Positions 50,101 through 63,700 of a stretch of 64,000 nt of DNA are shown here, piece after piece. Source of the DNA: Sphagnum compactum (Eukaryota); assembly GCA_965153455.1 (NCBI GenBank), contig OZ234494.1, positions 6,448,001 through 6,512,000 on the forward strand, read 5' to 3'. The notes beneath the pieces are model-generated. The model saw only the letters and a program-made list of their open reading frames with translations. It made no database searches and was not told the origin of the DNA. How positions within the stretch are numbered: position 1 is the stretch's first letter; each line of letters begins with the position of its first letter. Made by a program: the position numbers and the translations under genes.

Positions 50101-51800
50101 TATAATTGTGGACCTAACAACCTTGCAGTAAACTTAGGTGAAGGTTGCTAAGTAAAATAATGGAAGCTCAAAAAAATTAAAGTCTTAAGGGACTACCAAG
50201 GGGGAGACATACATGCTTTCAAAAAAATAATTAAGAAATGAGTTTAAGGAAAACAACTTGGAACTTCAAACTAATCACAATAAAGACATGAAGGCAGTTG
50301 TTTTCTCTCCTATTGTGTGTGCCTTTATAAAAAATTAGTCACGAGGACTAGTAACTTTCATGTTGTTGTTGTCACTACCTTCCAAGAATGTTACCCTCCT
50401 TGCAAAAATTGGTTTTGCAACAACTATCATCCACTAACCTTGATTCTTTAACTAAAAAATAGGAAAAAAAACTAAATGGAATGTTGAGAATGACAAATTT
50501 TACATCAAAAAAAAAAAAACTAGACTACTTACAAAAGGAAATGAATAAAATACCCATGGAATCCAAAGATCTAGTAAACACACAACCATGCTTGTATTAC
50601 AACTTTATAATAATACATTCTCCTCATCTTTCTTCCTAAAATCCTCACAAGATTACACACATAGAATATAAGTGAAATTTTCATAGAAGATAATAAAATG
50701 AAATTACAATAGTAAATGGGATGAAAAATGGGGAACCAACAAAACTCCCACACCCCATAAGCCCCAAAGGTCACGTTATCCTTTCCTATAATCTAGGCCT
50801 TTATTCAAATATCTTCCACAAACCCCTAGTTAGTGGCACACTAGTTGTCAACCATCCTATCGTTGAGGACTAACTACCCAAGTAGTGTCATCAAGATGGT
50901 GAGTGTGAACCTATCACTAATAACTAAAAAATTACTAGGTTGTTCACTAGGATAATAAAATTAAAAGTTTTCCCTTTTTAATATAACCTTTTGGTAGAGA
51001 TCCACAATTAAAGATGGAGATAGTGAATAACATTTTTTGGCCTATTGAAGCTACTTTTGTGAATATATTATTTTCTAAGTTAAAAATAGTAGGTATTAAT
51101 TAAAACATAGGTGCAAATTTGTTCATTTTTGACAACTCGTCTTTTCAAGCCACAAAGCTCATTCCAAAAAAAAACTAATTGTCCAAATTATTGTGTTTTA
51201 TGATGATTTAAAAAAAATATAGGGGTACAATTCTAAATAGTGTCCACACCTTTTGTAGCTCCTTTTATTGTGTTTGAACCTTGGGATGATTTGTGGAAAA
51301 TTGGTTCCAATATTTGAAATCTTGAATGAGGTGGTAGGCGAATCATTGATTGCAAAGAATCATACTTGTTTGAGAAAAATAGTTGGATTTGTGAGACATA
51401 GTTGCAAATAAGCAAGATTCTAATATATCACCTTTAGAGAGAGTTTGTAACAAGAACAAAATAATTTAGAACATATTCCCTTGTTTCCTTATGACTATTA
51501 GTGCAAGTTCCCTCCCATTCTTGTTCTTCAATGGTATATGCTAAGTGTTTAAAATTGATAGGCAACCTTTATAGGGAGGATTAATTGGGTTTTGTAACAT
51601 TTCTTTGAGCATCATGAATTGGGAAGGAAAAAAAAAAAGGGTACAATATTGTAAAGCAAAGCATAACAACTTGAAGGCCACATGCATAAGGAGGATGAAA
51701 GATAAACTATGTTTGATTTCCCATCGTGTTCTCATCATAATTGATTGAACCATGTGTGGGCCGAGAATTAGAAATGACACCTAAAATGAGTGCTCCCCCA
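44200..51800. other. AT-rich gene-poor interval, probably old decayed transposon debris
   Basis: No credible ORF or exon chain. CpG-poor, with stop-riddled fragments at ~46600-47950 and ~48700-49700. No family recognised. Confidence 0.35.
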
Positions 51801-54800
51801 TGGGAAGAAGACTCATGTCCAACAACAATAACAACAAGCAGCTCAATGTTGTCTCTTCAGGTATGAAGAATTGTGTTTGTTTTTTTGTGGCTGTTGATTT
51901 TTGTGTGGCAGCAGTAGCTTGGGATCCAGTGAGAATGAATGTATGAGTGAAACAGAGTTCAAAAGCAGATTTTCATTCAGACTAGTTAGTATCTCTGGTT
52001 TTCCATGGACCAGTTGAGATTTGGGGGGGGGGGTAAGTACTTTCAGCATCATCACTGAAATTGGAGGAGATGATGATGATGATGATGATGATGGTTGTTG
52101 AAGTGCACTTAGCAGCAGCTAGCTAGGGCATGAAAGTTGCAAACACCTGCTCTTTGGATTTTGGCAGCAACCTGGAGCTCTGGGGCAAGGTGACTAAATG
52201 ATCAAATGTGTACCTACCTAATTGTCAGGTTCTCCTGCCTTCCATTCCGGTCACAGATACATTTCTAAATTAGGGTTACCAAATTGACAGCTCTCCATAC
52301 GTTCATTACTAGTGCTGCTACAATTTCAATAACTTCTTTTGGGAATTCCATTTGTGGGGAAGGAATGTATGTGGAAGGGCAAAGGTGTGTGTGTGCGCGT
52401 GTGTGTGGAGGTTTGAATGTTTGTTTGCTTGTAAGCTCCTCTCCAGATGAAGTACCTATTATGACTCTGGAGAGAACTGGTAATGAATGGGGTGAGCTCA
52501 TGCATACACTGAAACTGATTACAAGTGTGGGGGTGCAATGCACATACATAATTTCCATACATATGTGCAACAATCTCTTTAAAAGTGTCTTGAGTATGTT
52601 CATATATGGCAGCCGGGTTTAGGGTTTAGGGAGGAGCAATATCAGAGGAACCACACATACTGTTCCGTGTGGCAGCATTGTCACTGACTAGGTGGGGGCT
52701 TTGTCCTGTTTGATCCAATTGGTTGAAATTGCCTCTACATTAATGTCAGCTTCTCATGACTAGTTTCCTACATGAAAAGATTCCTCAAAACATAAAAGTC
52801 TTTTTGATAATTCTTTTTTTTTTGCAGCACCAGCTGGATGAATTTACAATGCAAACTGGGGAATTGGATTTGCAATTTGTATTCATTTCAGAAGGTGAGT
52901 ATATTAAGTGGCTGAAGGTACTTTACTTACTTATGCAGACAATTTTGGTTCTAAGAATTGACCCAACACTCGAATCTTCTCTTGCTTGTTGCTTTGTGAT
53001 CAATCAAACATCATGTTATGATTGTGAAGGACTTAAGCATTCTAAAATGCCAACTGATTCAAAACTTTCACTGATGCATAAAGTGTGGTTTGAACTTGTA
53101 ACGTATTTTGCATTTGCATTTTGGAGACTCTGTTATGGTGTTTCACAGTTTAGTAGGTGTGTCATACCCTAATGCTTGACTGAAATTTGCAGGCCATCAT
53201 CTTCTTTGCCAAATAACTTTTACAATTGATTTGACTTTTCTGCATGCAAAACCTTGTTACAGATTTACCAATCGGTTGAGAGTCCACTACCGACTGCGAT
53301 TGTTTGGCCCAAGAAGGGATCAAGGATACTGCATCAATCTTTGTGTAGCAAGCTCAGAGTTAATGATTTTCTCAAAACCCACTTTTCCGCATGGAGAAAA
53401 GTTTTGAAAATCTATCTGTTTTTGGGAAAGCCAAAGAAAAAGCACCATACTTTCAAACAAGTTTGCAATACATTAATTTCCTTGCCAAAGTCTCTCCCAT
53501 AACTGGCAAAGTTTTGCAAATCTAGGCAAGAGATTTTTGCTCATATTCCAAGAGACAAAATTTGAAAGTTAAGGCTATGAATGAAAAGTCTTCAAACTAG
53601 TATATGATTTGGTTAAAGGGTTTTCATTGCTAGCTGATTTGTGACAGATGACATCTTTTTGGTTTATGGTCTTCTATTTTTATTAGTGTATTAGCGGTAT
53701 CCTGAATGTTATGTTCTTTCATGACATGTGTTTTTGCGCTTATATTTGCCTTGTACTTCTTGTGGATGGGTTCCCATCCTTCCCTTTTTTTTTAAAAAAA
53801 TTATTTATATAACAGGATTTTTCTTCTTTTTCCAATGATTCTAAACTAATGTTGCAAATTAGGAGATGCTCATTTGCGAAAAGAGTTTAATTACAAACAT
53901 GTATGTTCTCCAAGATGATGCATTGGATGAGAAGAATGCCTCTCAACTTCAAGTTACTCTAAAGAGTCCTGGATTGGAGTTGCAATAGTTAGTAGTACTT
54001 TACACAAGTGAGGGATGTGGATCGCGATGGTGGGTAGATTGAGTATGACTTCCGGGACGATAAATAATTCCACCAATGACTTGTGAACAATCTAGCAAGC
54101 ACGCCCATTACAAGTGATGCTAAGTAGTTAACCTCTCAACATTCAATTACCTACCTACTTACATCCCACTTCATGAAGTAAAAAGGGTGTGTGAGGGAGG
54201 AGTGGAGGAAGGGAAATGGAAGCATGCTTTTGTTTTGTGGGGAGGGAAGTATATTTAGGCTTCTATGTTGGGGAGTGTCTACAACATGTTCCAAAAATAT
54301 TGATGGTGGGCCAATCAAATTGCTCTTTTTGGACCCAAAAAAGAATTTATGTGGGTGCACCCACTCACTAATTAATTGAAGCATGAATAAGTACCCCTTC
54401 AGTTTAGGGTTAAAAAATCACTTTCAATGCACCCACACAACTAATTAGTACAGATAACAATAGAAGTATCCTTAGTAGGTAATAATAGTTGGCTATTGTG
54501 TGAAGGTCCCTGTCTATGTGTATTTGTGTTTGGTGCCTTATTTACTACTACAGGATTTGGTACACATGACAAGCAAACATTTGTCTTGGTACCAATCACT
54601 AAGGATTTAGACTTCCTCCTATGCAAGCAAGCAAGCAAGCAAGCCAACCCATTCATTCCTTAAATAATGAAAGGTTGCCCTTGTTGCAAGCTAAATGGAC
54701 TTTCCCATTGGTCGGTGCAGTAACCTAAGCGACCGACCGCTTGTATATAGTACATAGTTTGGTACCCAAAGCTAGTTAAGATCACCTAAGTAATAAGTAA

Positions 54801-55909
54801 GTACTTCCCCCATCCCACAAGAAAATAACTAAAAATTGGACAACAAAAGTGCGGGGAAGAAAGCAACATTGGGTAGGTTCATTACTTTAAGTGTGGCAAA
54901 ACCTTGAGGATGATGGCGATTATACATAAGTTAGGTGGATTGATTATATGTATGTCGATCATGCACCACCACCAAATGATACATAGCTAACTAGGTTAAA
55001 GTGTCGGGCACTATCTCACACAATCTATAGACAAAAAGTTAAAAACATAAACATTCAAAAGATGGTCCAAAACACTCTTTGTAAAAATTTGGATGAGTTC
55101 TCATGATAACAAAGTGGGGAAAACATATGATGATCACATAGTGATAAACCCCAAAGTTTTATGCAAATTCCAAATCAAAAATTTGCGTTGGGCAGATGGG
55201 TGTAAAGAACATGATAATCTTGAAGGTCCCCCCCCCACCCCTCCCCAAACCATGATATTTAGACCAATCCCTACAAGTATGAGAAGCCTAAACTCCCCAT
55301 GTGACACAAACAACTTCGCTTTTAAATTGGTTCTAGTTAAATAGATGAAAGGGTGGGTGGGTGGATGGATGGGTAAGATAGATGAATGGGTGGGTAAGTA
55401 AGAAAAGATAGATGGGTAGGTGGGTAGGCAGGTTAGATAGATGGATGGGTGGGTAGGTTAGATAGGTGGATGGATTAGTGGGTGGGTAGGTAGGTAGGTA
55501 GGTTGTGGTGCGCATAAAATCACAACCATAAAAACAAGAAAAAGAAAAAAGGAAGAGGGTAGACTGGACGAAAGCCGTTGGCCAATTCTTTTGTTTTGTT
55601 TTGTGACCAGTGTTGTTGTTGTTGTTGGGTTGTTATGGATTTTGGGAAGCTTGTTGGCATTGATGAGGAAGATAACAGAACTGGGGCTTTAAATTAAATG
55701 CCAAAGGAGCCCTAGATTTCAGCAACTAAATTCTTCTCCTCCTGCCAACAACAAAAAGGCCAAACTAAGTATGATGTAAAAGCCAATTCAAGTATCATGT
55801 GATGGATCACTACCGTTTTGTTGCAGCGCTTTTTTTTTTGTCTGCAAATCATTGCACCAGCTGCTTTGCTTTGCTTTCATGGTAGTAACTATTGTAAGTA
55901 CCTCTCTTG

Positions 55910-56770
55910 CTCTCTCATTTTTAGATAAAAAAGGGTTTCTGAATTTCAATCAAGGAAGAAGGTGGTGTAAAACTTAGCCTAAATATTCATTTCATTTTAA
56001 GGGTTTCTGCTTTTTCAATTAAGGATGAAGAAGGACTGCAAAAAACACTACCATTAATGTGAATTACCATATTTTAGACGAAAGGGTGAGGGTGCATAAC
56101 TAGTACCCTTAATGTTCATTATTAGTTTTAGACAACTTAGAGGGTTTATGATTTTTCAACTAAGGAAGAAGAAGGTGCAAGAACTACACTTTCATGTTCA
56201 TTTATCATTCTTCAGCAATATAGGGTTTCTAATTCTCAATCAAGGAAGAAGAGGGTGCAAAACTTGCTCTTAATGTTCATTATCAATTTTAGACAAAAGG
56301 GTTTTAAATTCTTAATCAAGAAAGAAGAGGGCTTAAAACTACTCTTAATGGGACACATTATCAATTTTAGACAAAAAGGGTTTCTGAACTTTCAATCAAG
56401 GAAGAAGATGGTGCAGAAACTACCCTTGTTCATTACATCATTTTCAGACAAAAAGGGGGTGTCTGATTCTCTCAGTCAGTTAGGGAATGATAGGATGCAA
56501 AACTATCAATGTTCATTATCGATTTCAGACAAATGGGTTTATGATTTTCAATCAAGGAAGATGGTGCAAAAAAAAAAACCTACACCCTTTTTCATTTATC
56601 ATTTTTAGACAAAGAATGGGTGTCTCTCATATTCAATCTTTTAGGAACTTCAAGAGGCTGGTGCCAACAAAAAAAAACCCTTTCTTTGTTCATGAATTAT
56701 CGATTGGTTTTGGTTTTGACAAACAGAACAGTTTGATGATCAATCAGGGAAAGGGGGGTGTGCAACAATA
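55910..56770. repeat. Degenerate ~65-70-bp tandem repeat, about 11-12 copies
   Basis: Unit TTTTAGACAAAAGGGTTTCTGATTTTCAATCAAGGAAGAAGnnGGTGCAAAACTACnCTTAATGTTCATTATCA. Confidence 0.8.
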
Positions 56771-57499
56771 CTACTACTACTACTACTACTACTTCTTTTG
56801 TTCATTATAGCTGTGGAGGAGACTACCCATCATGATGATAATAGAGGCGTTGATAGAAGAAGAGTGCAATGCAAAGCCTTTATACTCAAGTATTTCCCTT
56901 TCGTAATGCTTGTTTTGACAGCCAATCTTTGTCTCTGTCTCTCTCAAATTCATTCCCTAAAGCTGCTGGGCTGCTGGCTGATGATGATCATTCCCATTCC
57001 AATTTGCAGGAAACCCATAAATAATTATGTGGACATTGTGAGATAAATTAGGATATCATGTCAACAAAACCTAAATCCTTTGTATGGCAATATCAACTTT
57101 AAACCCCCTTCCACCAAGCTGACAGTTCAAATCTAGGTTTTGTTTCACATCTTTTTCTATCAGTACAAAACACTTAGAGAATGAAATGGATTTATTCTCT
57201 TGATTCATTACTCGATTTTCTCTCACACTTTGAAAAAGTCAAAAATTCTCTTAGGGACCCAAGCAAGTGGGACTTTCTACACACATAAGTTAGTAAGAGT
57301 CTACACATGATTCTGTTCAATATTGTGCTTGTTGGGGTTTGTCTCATATGCAACCTAAGACACTTGATTCCACCAGTGCATACTTGGAAGAATTTCCTCT
57401 TAATTAATACCTCATACAAAGTCTATGACCCAGCAAGATCAGTGTAAAAATGGGGAACAGAGCTACTACACATAAAAAGAGTTCAGAGTTGAGAAGGAA

Positions 57500-60400
57500 A
57501 CATACCAGAGGGATCATAAATGTGATTGTAAAATTTTAAAAAAAAAACATTCCACAAATGTATGCATGCACAATCAAGCTACACAGAAGAGAAGATAATA
57601 AATTCTTCTTTACCAATTTCACAGAGAAGATTACCCATCACAATTTTTTTGTTAAATTTGGAGTTGCAAAGAGATTAGAACTGTGTGCCATGATCATCAT
57701 CATCATGCATGTAAAAATCCATCAATATCATCATATTCATGAAAGCTTGTAAATTATTACATCACTATAAGATCACACAATACATATCAAAAACCCATGC
57801 AGAGAAGAATCTCTAAATCCCAAGAGCAGGAAGTAAATTGGACTGATGAAGGAAGTTGTTGCAAGGATATGAAAAAGGTTTTTTTATACCAAAACACAAG
57901 CAGCAAAAATTACATTAGATGTGTTGTTCAAACTAAAACCATAACAAGAGCAGCTTTGATTACTAGTAACAACAGAAGCATGCAAAACTGTAGAATCTAC
58001 AAGTAGAACTTTCACTAGCTGCTGAAGAGAGGTCAATCCTCTCCATCTCTCTAGTATCAGCAGAAGCAGCAGTAGCCGCAGCAGCAGCAGCAACAAGTAG
58101 CTAGAGCTGGGCAATTTCAACAACACCAGAAAGAAACGGACAGTGGATCATGCAGCAGAACAGCCAGGCAGAAGTGGCGGCTTCTTCTTCTGCAACTGCA
58201 GCTACTTTCTGTTGTACGAAGCAGGCTGCACTAGACTGCTGGCGGCGGCGCTAGAAGAAGCTGGGCGTTACGGTCCTGCGTTGAACTGCTGATCAAAAAG
58301 TAGCAGATCGACAATCTGCACGTCATCCTAAGTAGTCCGTCAGACGTCTCTTGCAACGTCGGCAGGTAGGAGGACGTTGTGTTGCAGGGAAGTCCAGCTA
58401 GCCGGAGGTGCTGCCAGAGAGTGTATAGTCTAGTAGTATAGTAGTACACCATCAGCAGTAGCAGCTTGCTTGGTCTAGACCAAGCAACTCAAATGCTAGT
58501 ATGATCTGCCTCATCTTCGTGTCTTAGTGCATTTGATTTACAACTGACATCAGTAGTCTTGATCTCCTTCGTCGAGAGCTGCACTTGCACTAGGCTGCAG
58601 GAAGAATATGCTGAAAGAAAGAAAGAAAGCAAGCAAGCAAGCAAGAGAGAATCTGCGTGCTGCATGAAGAAAGTGTAAGCCATGACACAAAGAAAGAAAG
58701 CTCATTAGTCTCTAGATGCTGATCAAACAGCTTGCATTCCCCTGATCAGACACAGACACACTGGAGAGAGAGACAGAGTCATGAGGAGGAGGCGAATTGA
58801 GCCGAGGAATTGGTACAACATGGTTTGCTAGGCTTAGATGCTGCTGCTGCTAGTATCACCATCAGCAGCGTCATAGGACAGGTGCCTACCTACTTGCTTG
58901 CGCTTGCCGCTCATACTTGCGTACTTCGCTCTCAAAGAGAAGATGTTGATGACCCTGGGAAGAATATATATAAAATCCATGCAGCTACTTGAGCCTTGCT
59001 TGGTGGACATGGTGTTGATCATCGCTGCAGCATACCAAAGCGGAGCGCGCTGAGGGGAATGAAGCCTGGTCCGAAGCACGAGCTAGCAATCGAGAGAACC
59101 CCTTTCTACCTCACGGGGGCGGGGGGGTCAAGAGATGGTGAGGAAGAGGAGGATCTGATGATGCGTAACCGAACCTCGGGCCAAGCGGCATTCCTCACAG
59201 CACAGCTCAGCAACAAAAGAAACTGGCAAACCATAAATAGGCCTGACGACGATCACGATCCATTGCAGCAGCGCCGCCAGCAGCAAGCAGGAGGCAGCAC
59301 GACCTACTTACTGCACCCAAAACAAAAAAAAAACACAAAAAGATTGTCGTTGGGAAGATCACTGCAACAACCAAAAAACCGATGACAAACGAACAACTAC
59401 TGCAGCACAAAGCCTTCACAGCTAGCTTCTTCGACTTCCTGGCTCGCTGGCTGGTTTCGCAACTGGACCTCTCCCCCACAGAAACTTCGCCGCACTGAAA
59501 GAAACAACAGTAGCACCTTGTGCACACCTACAAACTCTCAAGGACGACGACGACGACAACAACCATTATTGCTGCTGCTGCTGCAGGGGCGCGAGATGCA
59601 TTCAGTCAGCAGTGGGGAAGGTACTGAAAACCAAAAACTCCAATCCTATTCACAATAACTCCCTTGCACTTGCTAGCTCTAATGCAGCAGCATCTTAGCT
59701 CCAGTGCACAGTACTACACATCATAATAACTCTCTACCTGCCTTCATGCCTGCAGCATCCATCTCATAGATCCATCGACAACCCCGGTCGAACATCATGA
59801 CGTCCTTCCCATGACTACACCCCCTTGGTACCGACCCACAAGAAGAGTTAAGACTAAAACACAGGTCCTATAAGGTTCTTCTTCTTCTTCTTCCTTCTCT
59901 TCTTCTCCGATCTGCACCATGTCCAACAGAAACAGCCTGCCACCCCCGCCCCCCTCTTCTTTCCTCCCCACTACCCTACAAGCTGGTAGCTTCTGATTGC
60001 CCATGAAGCCCCAACTAAGACAAATCCTTTCCTGCATGCTTCCTTCTTCTTTCACTGCTTGATGCAATCCCCCATAACTCCATTTCTACAACCTTCCCCT
60101 AATACTCCAACAACAACAACAACAACAAATTACGCACTTACAGGTTCCCAAAACCCAACCAACACCCCAACTCCACCACCCCAAACAAAACAAACACACA
60201 AACCCAATCAGACAATCTCAGAGATTCCCTCTAGACGTTTGGAGCTACTTGCAAGTCGGAAGAGGCTACTTCAATGCTCTAGAGACATGACTCTCAAGGA
60301 GTGCTGCTGCTGCATGCATGCATGCATGGGTTTGAGCGAACAAAAGCTCCCAGAGACAGCATATTGAGCTGATGCCACAACACAACACAACCAACCAACA

Positions 60401-60750
60401 ACAAAAAGATCTAAAAGAACAAAGAACAAACAAGAGCTAGGAACAACAACAACAAACAACAAGACCTAGAAGAAAACAAAAAGCAACAAGAGAAGAAGAA
60501 GAAGAACAACAACAACAAGATCTAGACAAAAAGAATAAGAAAGTAAAGAAAGCTTGCTTGGGTGTTTTGGAGCATTTGGGAATTTGTTGGTTTGGGTCTA
60601 GAGTACATGAAGAGGAGGAAGAAAGGAAGGAAGTGAAGGAAATGGGGGGCCAATGGTGAGCAAGTAAGTGGTAGGCTGAGGTACAAGGGCAAGCAAAGTG
60701 AAGAAGGAAAGGGGAGAGAAGCCAAAGGCAAGGGTGGAGAGAGATGGGAG
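57500..60750 (-). ncRNA. Putative pri-MIR166 transcript (boundaries inferred)
   Basis: A TATAAA box on the minus strand at 60775-60780, a CT-rich leader, splice-like sites (GTAAGT donor at 60141; pyrimidine-tract acceptors at ~59312 and ~58613), no long credible ORF, and a T-rich 3' region. Confidence 0.55.
59041..59210 (-). ncRNA. MIR166: MIR166 precursor hairpin
   Basis: Mature miR166 UCGGACCAGGCUUCAUUCCCC is the reverse complement of 59054-59074. The star strand GGAAUGCCGCUUGGCCCGAGG is the reverse complement of 59174-59194. The duplex has 3 mismatches, 1 G:U pair and 2-nt 3' overhangs, with an extended lower stem. Confidence 0.97.
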
Positions 60751-60774
60751 ACTAGAATGGGGGGAAGGGTGGGC

Positions 60775-60780
60775 TTTATA
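60775..60780 (-). promoter_or_regulatory. TATA box of the putative MIR166 host transcript
   Basis: GGCGGTATAAAGCCC on the minus strand, ~30-35 nt upstream of a pyrimidine-rich CCCATCTCTC initiator-like site and ~1.55 kb upstream of the hairpin. Confidence 0.6.
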
Positions 60781-63700
60781 CCGCCTAGGTCCTCTCCTTT
60801 TTTCTTACACACTAGACCAAAAAAATAAAAATTAAAAAAAAATGGAAAAGAAGGCCCCCATTATAATTGCCCAAAAGAAAACATATTTGAGGTCACACAA
60901 ACACAACCCTCCCAAAAAAAAAGAAGGGTATATTGACAAGCAAGCAAGTAGCTGAACTCCATCCATAATGGTTCTCCCTTTTAAATGACATCCTTGTACA
61001 AGGATGATATAAATATTCATCCATTCCACTTGTTGCTTGGTTAACTTGACTAGTATCATTTCCTATCTCTTGTGATAATCATGCCCTTCTTTGGAGGGGA
61101 TGAGAGTAGTAATCTTAAAGTTAGAAATATTTTAAATATGTGAATGGATTTTATTCTATATATATTTTGGGGGGGGAGGGGAGGTGCCTGTCATCAACTG
61201 AGTAGAACCCTATTATGCAGATACCTATTGTTGTAGTTTTGCTTTTAATTTTCTTGATCTTTTCTTTCTCTGGGTTATTTTATTAAGAAGGGAGTGTTAA
61301 AATATTAGTAACCATTTTTTGGAAAGGAAAAAGCAAGTTAGTTCACTAGCCCACCAAGCATTTAAAAAAACTTTTGGAATCATGACTAGTAGGGACAACA
61401 ACACACAGAGTTATTAAATACTTGCTCAATTCCCAAGGAGAACACACACACTTTCTCCTTCTGGTGCTCTTTTCCACATGCAAGATCCATTAAGCCATTC
61501 AAGTAGGATCCTCAAAGTCACTGCACATCATAAAAACAAGTATATCAATATAGACATATGCACATATATGTATATATATATATATATATATACACACAAG
61601 TATGTATTCTACATACTGTATATATACATGTATGTACATACAGGATTAGAGAAATGTCAGTGGTTACAATGCAGGTAGTAAGTAGGTGAAGCACTTTGGT
61701 GGGTACTAGATAGGTAGACTATGTATGTGCATGGTTAGTACATATGGCTAGCTAGCCATCGTGGTTAGCTATCAGACAAGAATACGAATAAAGAAAAAGG
61801 TGATTCTTTTTCACACCACCGTCCATCATCATGCATGGTGCTCTCTGGTGAGTGTTGGGTTCACTTTGGCCACCACATATATGTGGTTAGATGCATATGA
61901 ATGGTTAGTACATACCTAATCGGCATTAACCATGTAATAGGGTTAATGATGGTTAGCCTGGTGGTTAGCTATGGAACATGAAACACTATGGAAAAAAGTG
62001 TTTCTTGTCCACATGATTCCATCCATCCTGCATGGATGGATGCTCTTGTGGGCGTTTGTTGGTTTGCTCAACCCGGGCCATATGTATCCATCAATCATGC
62101 ATTTTGAGGGCAAGTTCCTCTCAAACGTCATGTCCCTTAGACTTGAAGCTTTAGTTTTACAAATGAATCAAATTGTTTATACTTGTTACACTTGCTTGGT
62201 GCTTCACACCCATCTAATCCCATGCAGACCAGGAGCCATTTGGCTGAATGTTCAGGGATTTTGCTTGACAAGATTAGAATCTGTTCCATGAGCTGGTGGT
62301 GTATACGGTGTTTACCATGGGATCACCCTTTGTACGTATCAAATTATGTAGCATTATTTTTTTTCGGGTTTTCACTGTCTCACAAATGATCATAACATGT
62401 GTGCATTATATATATAGTATAACGAGAAGTTGAGTATGATTGTGGGCTAGGAAAAGTTGCAAGTTGGTTTGAACATGTTTTTGTTGAAAGAGTTTGCAAT
62501 GGCATTTAATGATATAGCTAATTTCACATTGGATATTGAGCAAGAACAACACACAGCCTCCTCCTCCTCCTCGGTGACATTGGTTACAACTTACAACTCG
62601 TATCATTACAACGGAAACAGATTATTAAAACAAATTACGTGAATAAATCAGATTGAGCATTTTGAATGTCTAGACCTCTTAGTTATGACAGTTGTGTGGC
62701 GTCACTTCAGCTACCCAAGAAAGAGAAGATGCATAATAATTTTTTTAAAAGGTCAGGACTCAGAACATAACATGGTTGTCTACGCATGGGCTGATTGCCT
62801 CACTTGTCACTGGCTCATACATAGTAATACATGAGACAAAATATCGACAAAATTCCAACTTCCAACAACAAATTATTATATAGCTTAGTAAAAGCAAGAA
62901 AACCGACCATGCCAAGTAAAATATGCCACACATCGAAGATAAGCTAGAGCTTACAGATAACATTCATTTGTCAGATTGACATAAGCACATGGGATTTGGA
63001 AGTTTTTGCAAGACTCGGTCATTCATTCATTCATTCATTCATTCATTTTAGTGGGGTTGGATTATTAAAAAAGGCAACCAAAAAAATAAAAGGTGGAGCA
63101 AAACTCAACCTCTTTGTGGGATCAAAAGGGTTATAAAAACAAGTTGACCACAAACTGCTCAAGTTAAAGGGGGTTTAGTTGGGGTTCTGGATTAAGTTCT
63201 GGAACCTTCAACAGAAAAGGGTGGCGAAAGCAAAGGAACAAATTAATTACTGGATAGGTGTACAAAGGCTGGGTTGTGCAAGCAAAAGATTACCACCCTT
63301 GTGAGGATCCGTGTAAAATCTGCTGATCAAACTGTAGGGGGGAAAAGAACCTTTTGCTCTAGAAGAAGTGCACCAAGTTTTTGCTTAAGTGTAATATTTT
63401 TTTCTCTGAAGGTTTTATTCACATGAGCAAAGTACTTTTGACTCGGCAAATTGCTTCTGTGTTCTTGTTTGCAACGTGGATGGTAGAGTTTGAACAAAAC
63501 ATCTTGAACCCCACCCGCACCTCACCTGTGCCTCCCTCCACCCCTTACGAGGATGTGAAGCTTGATCCCATTAGCGAGCCGACTTTTTCGCACTTCTACT
63601 TTCTTACTTGTTTTCCATGCTCATCATAGATTATAATACAACTTGAAACCCAAAAAAAACCCTAAACTTGGTTGGTCACATGATGCCATTCCCAACCAAT

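Noticed and set aside
58996-59527. ORFs of 129 aa (+) and 106 aa (-) overlapping or abutting the miRNA hairpin
   Set aside because: They have non-ATG starts and low complexity, and the region is explained by MIR166.
60265-60376. Possible additional miRNA hairpin in the pri-MIR166 leader
   Set aside because: The stem needs a bulge of about 12 nt, part of the pairing comes from the self-complementary (ATGC)n repeat, and it matches no miRNA that I know.
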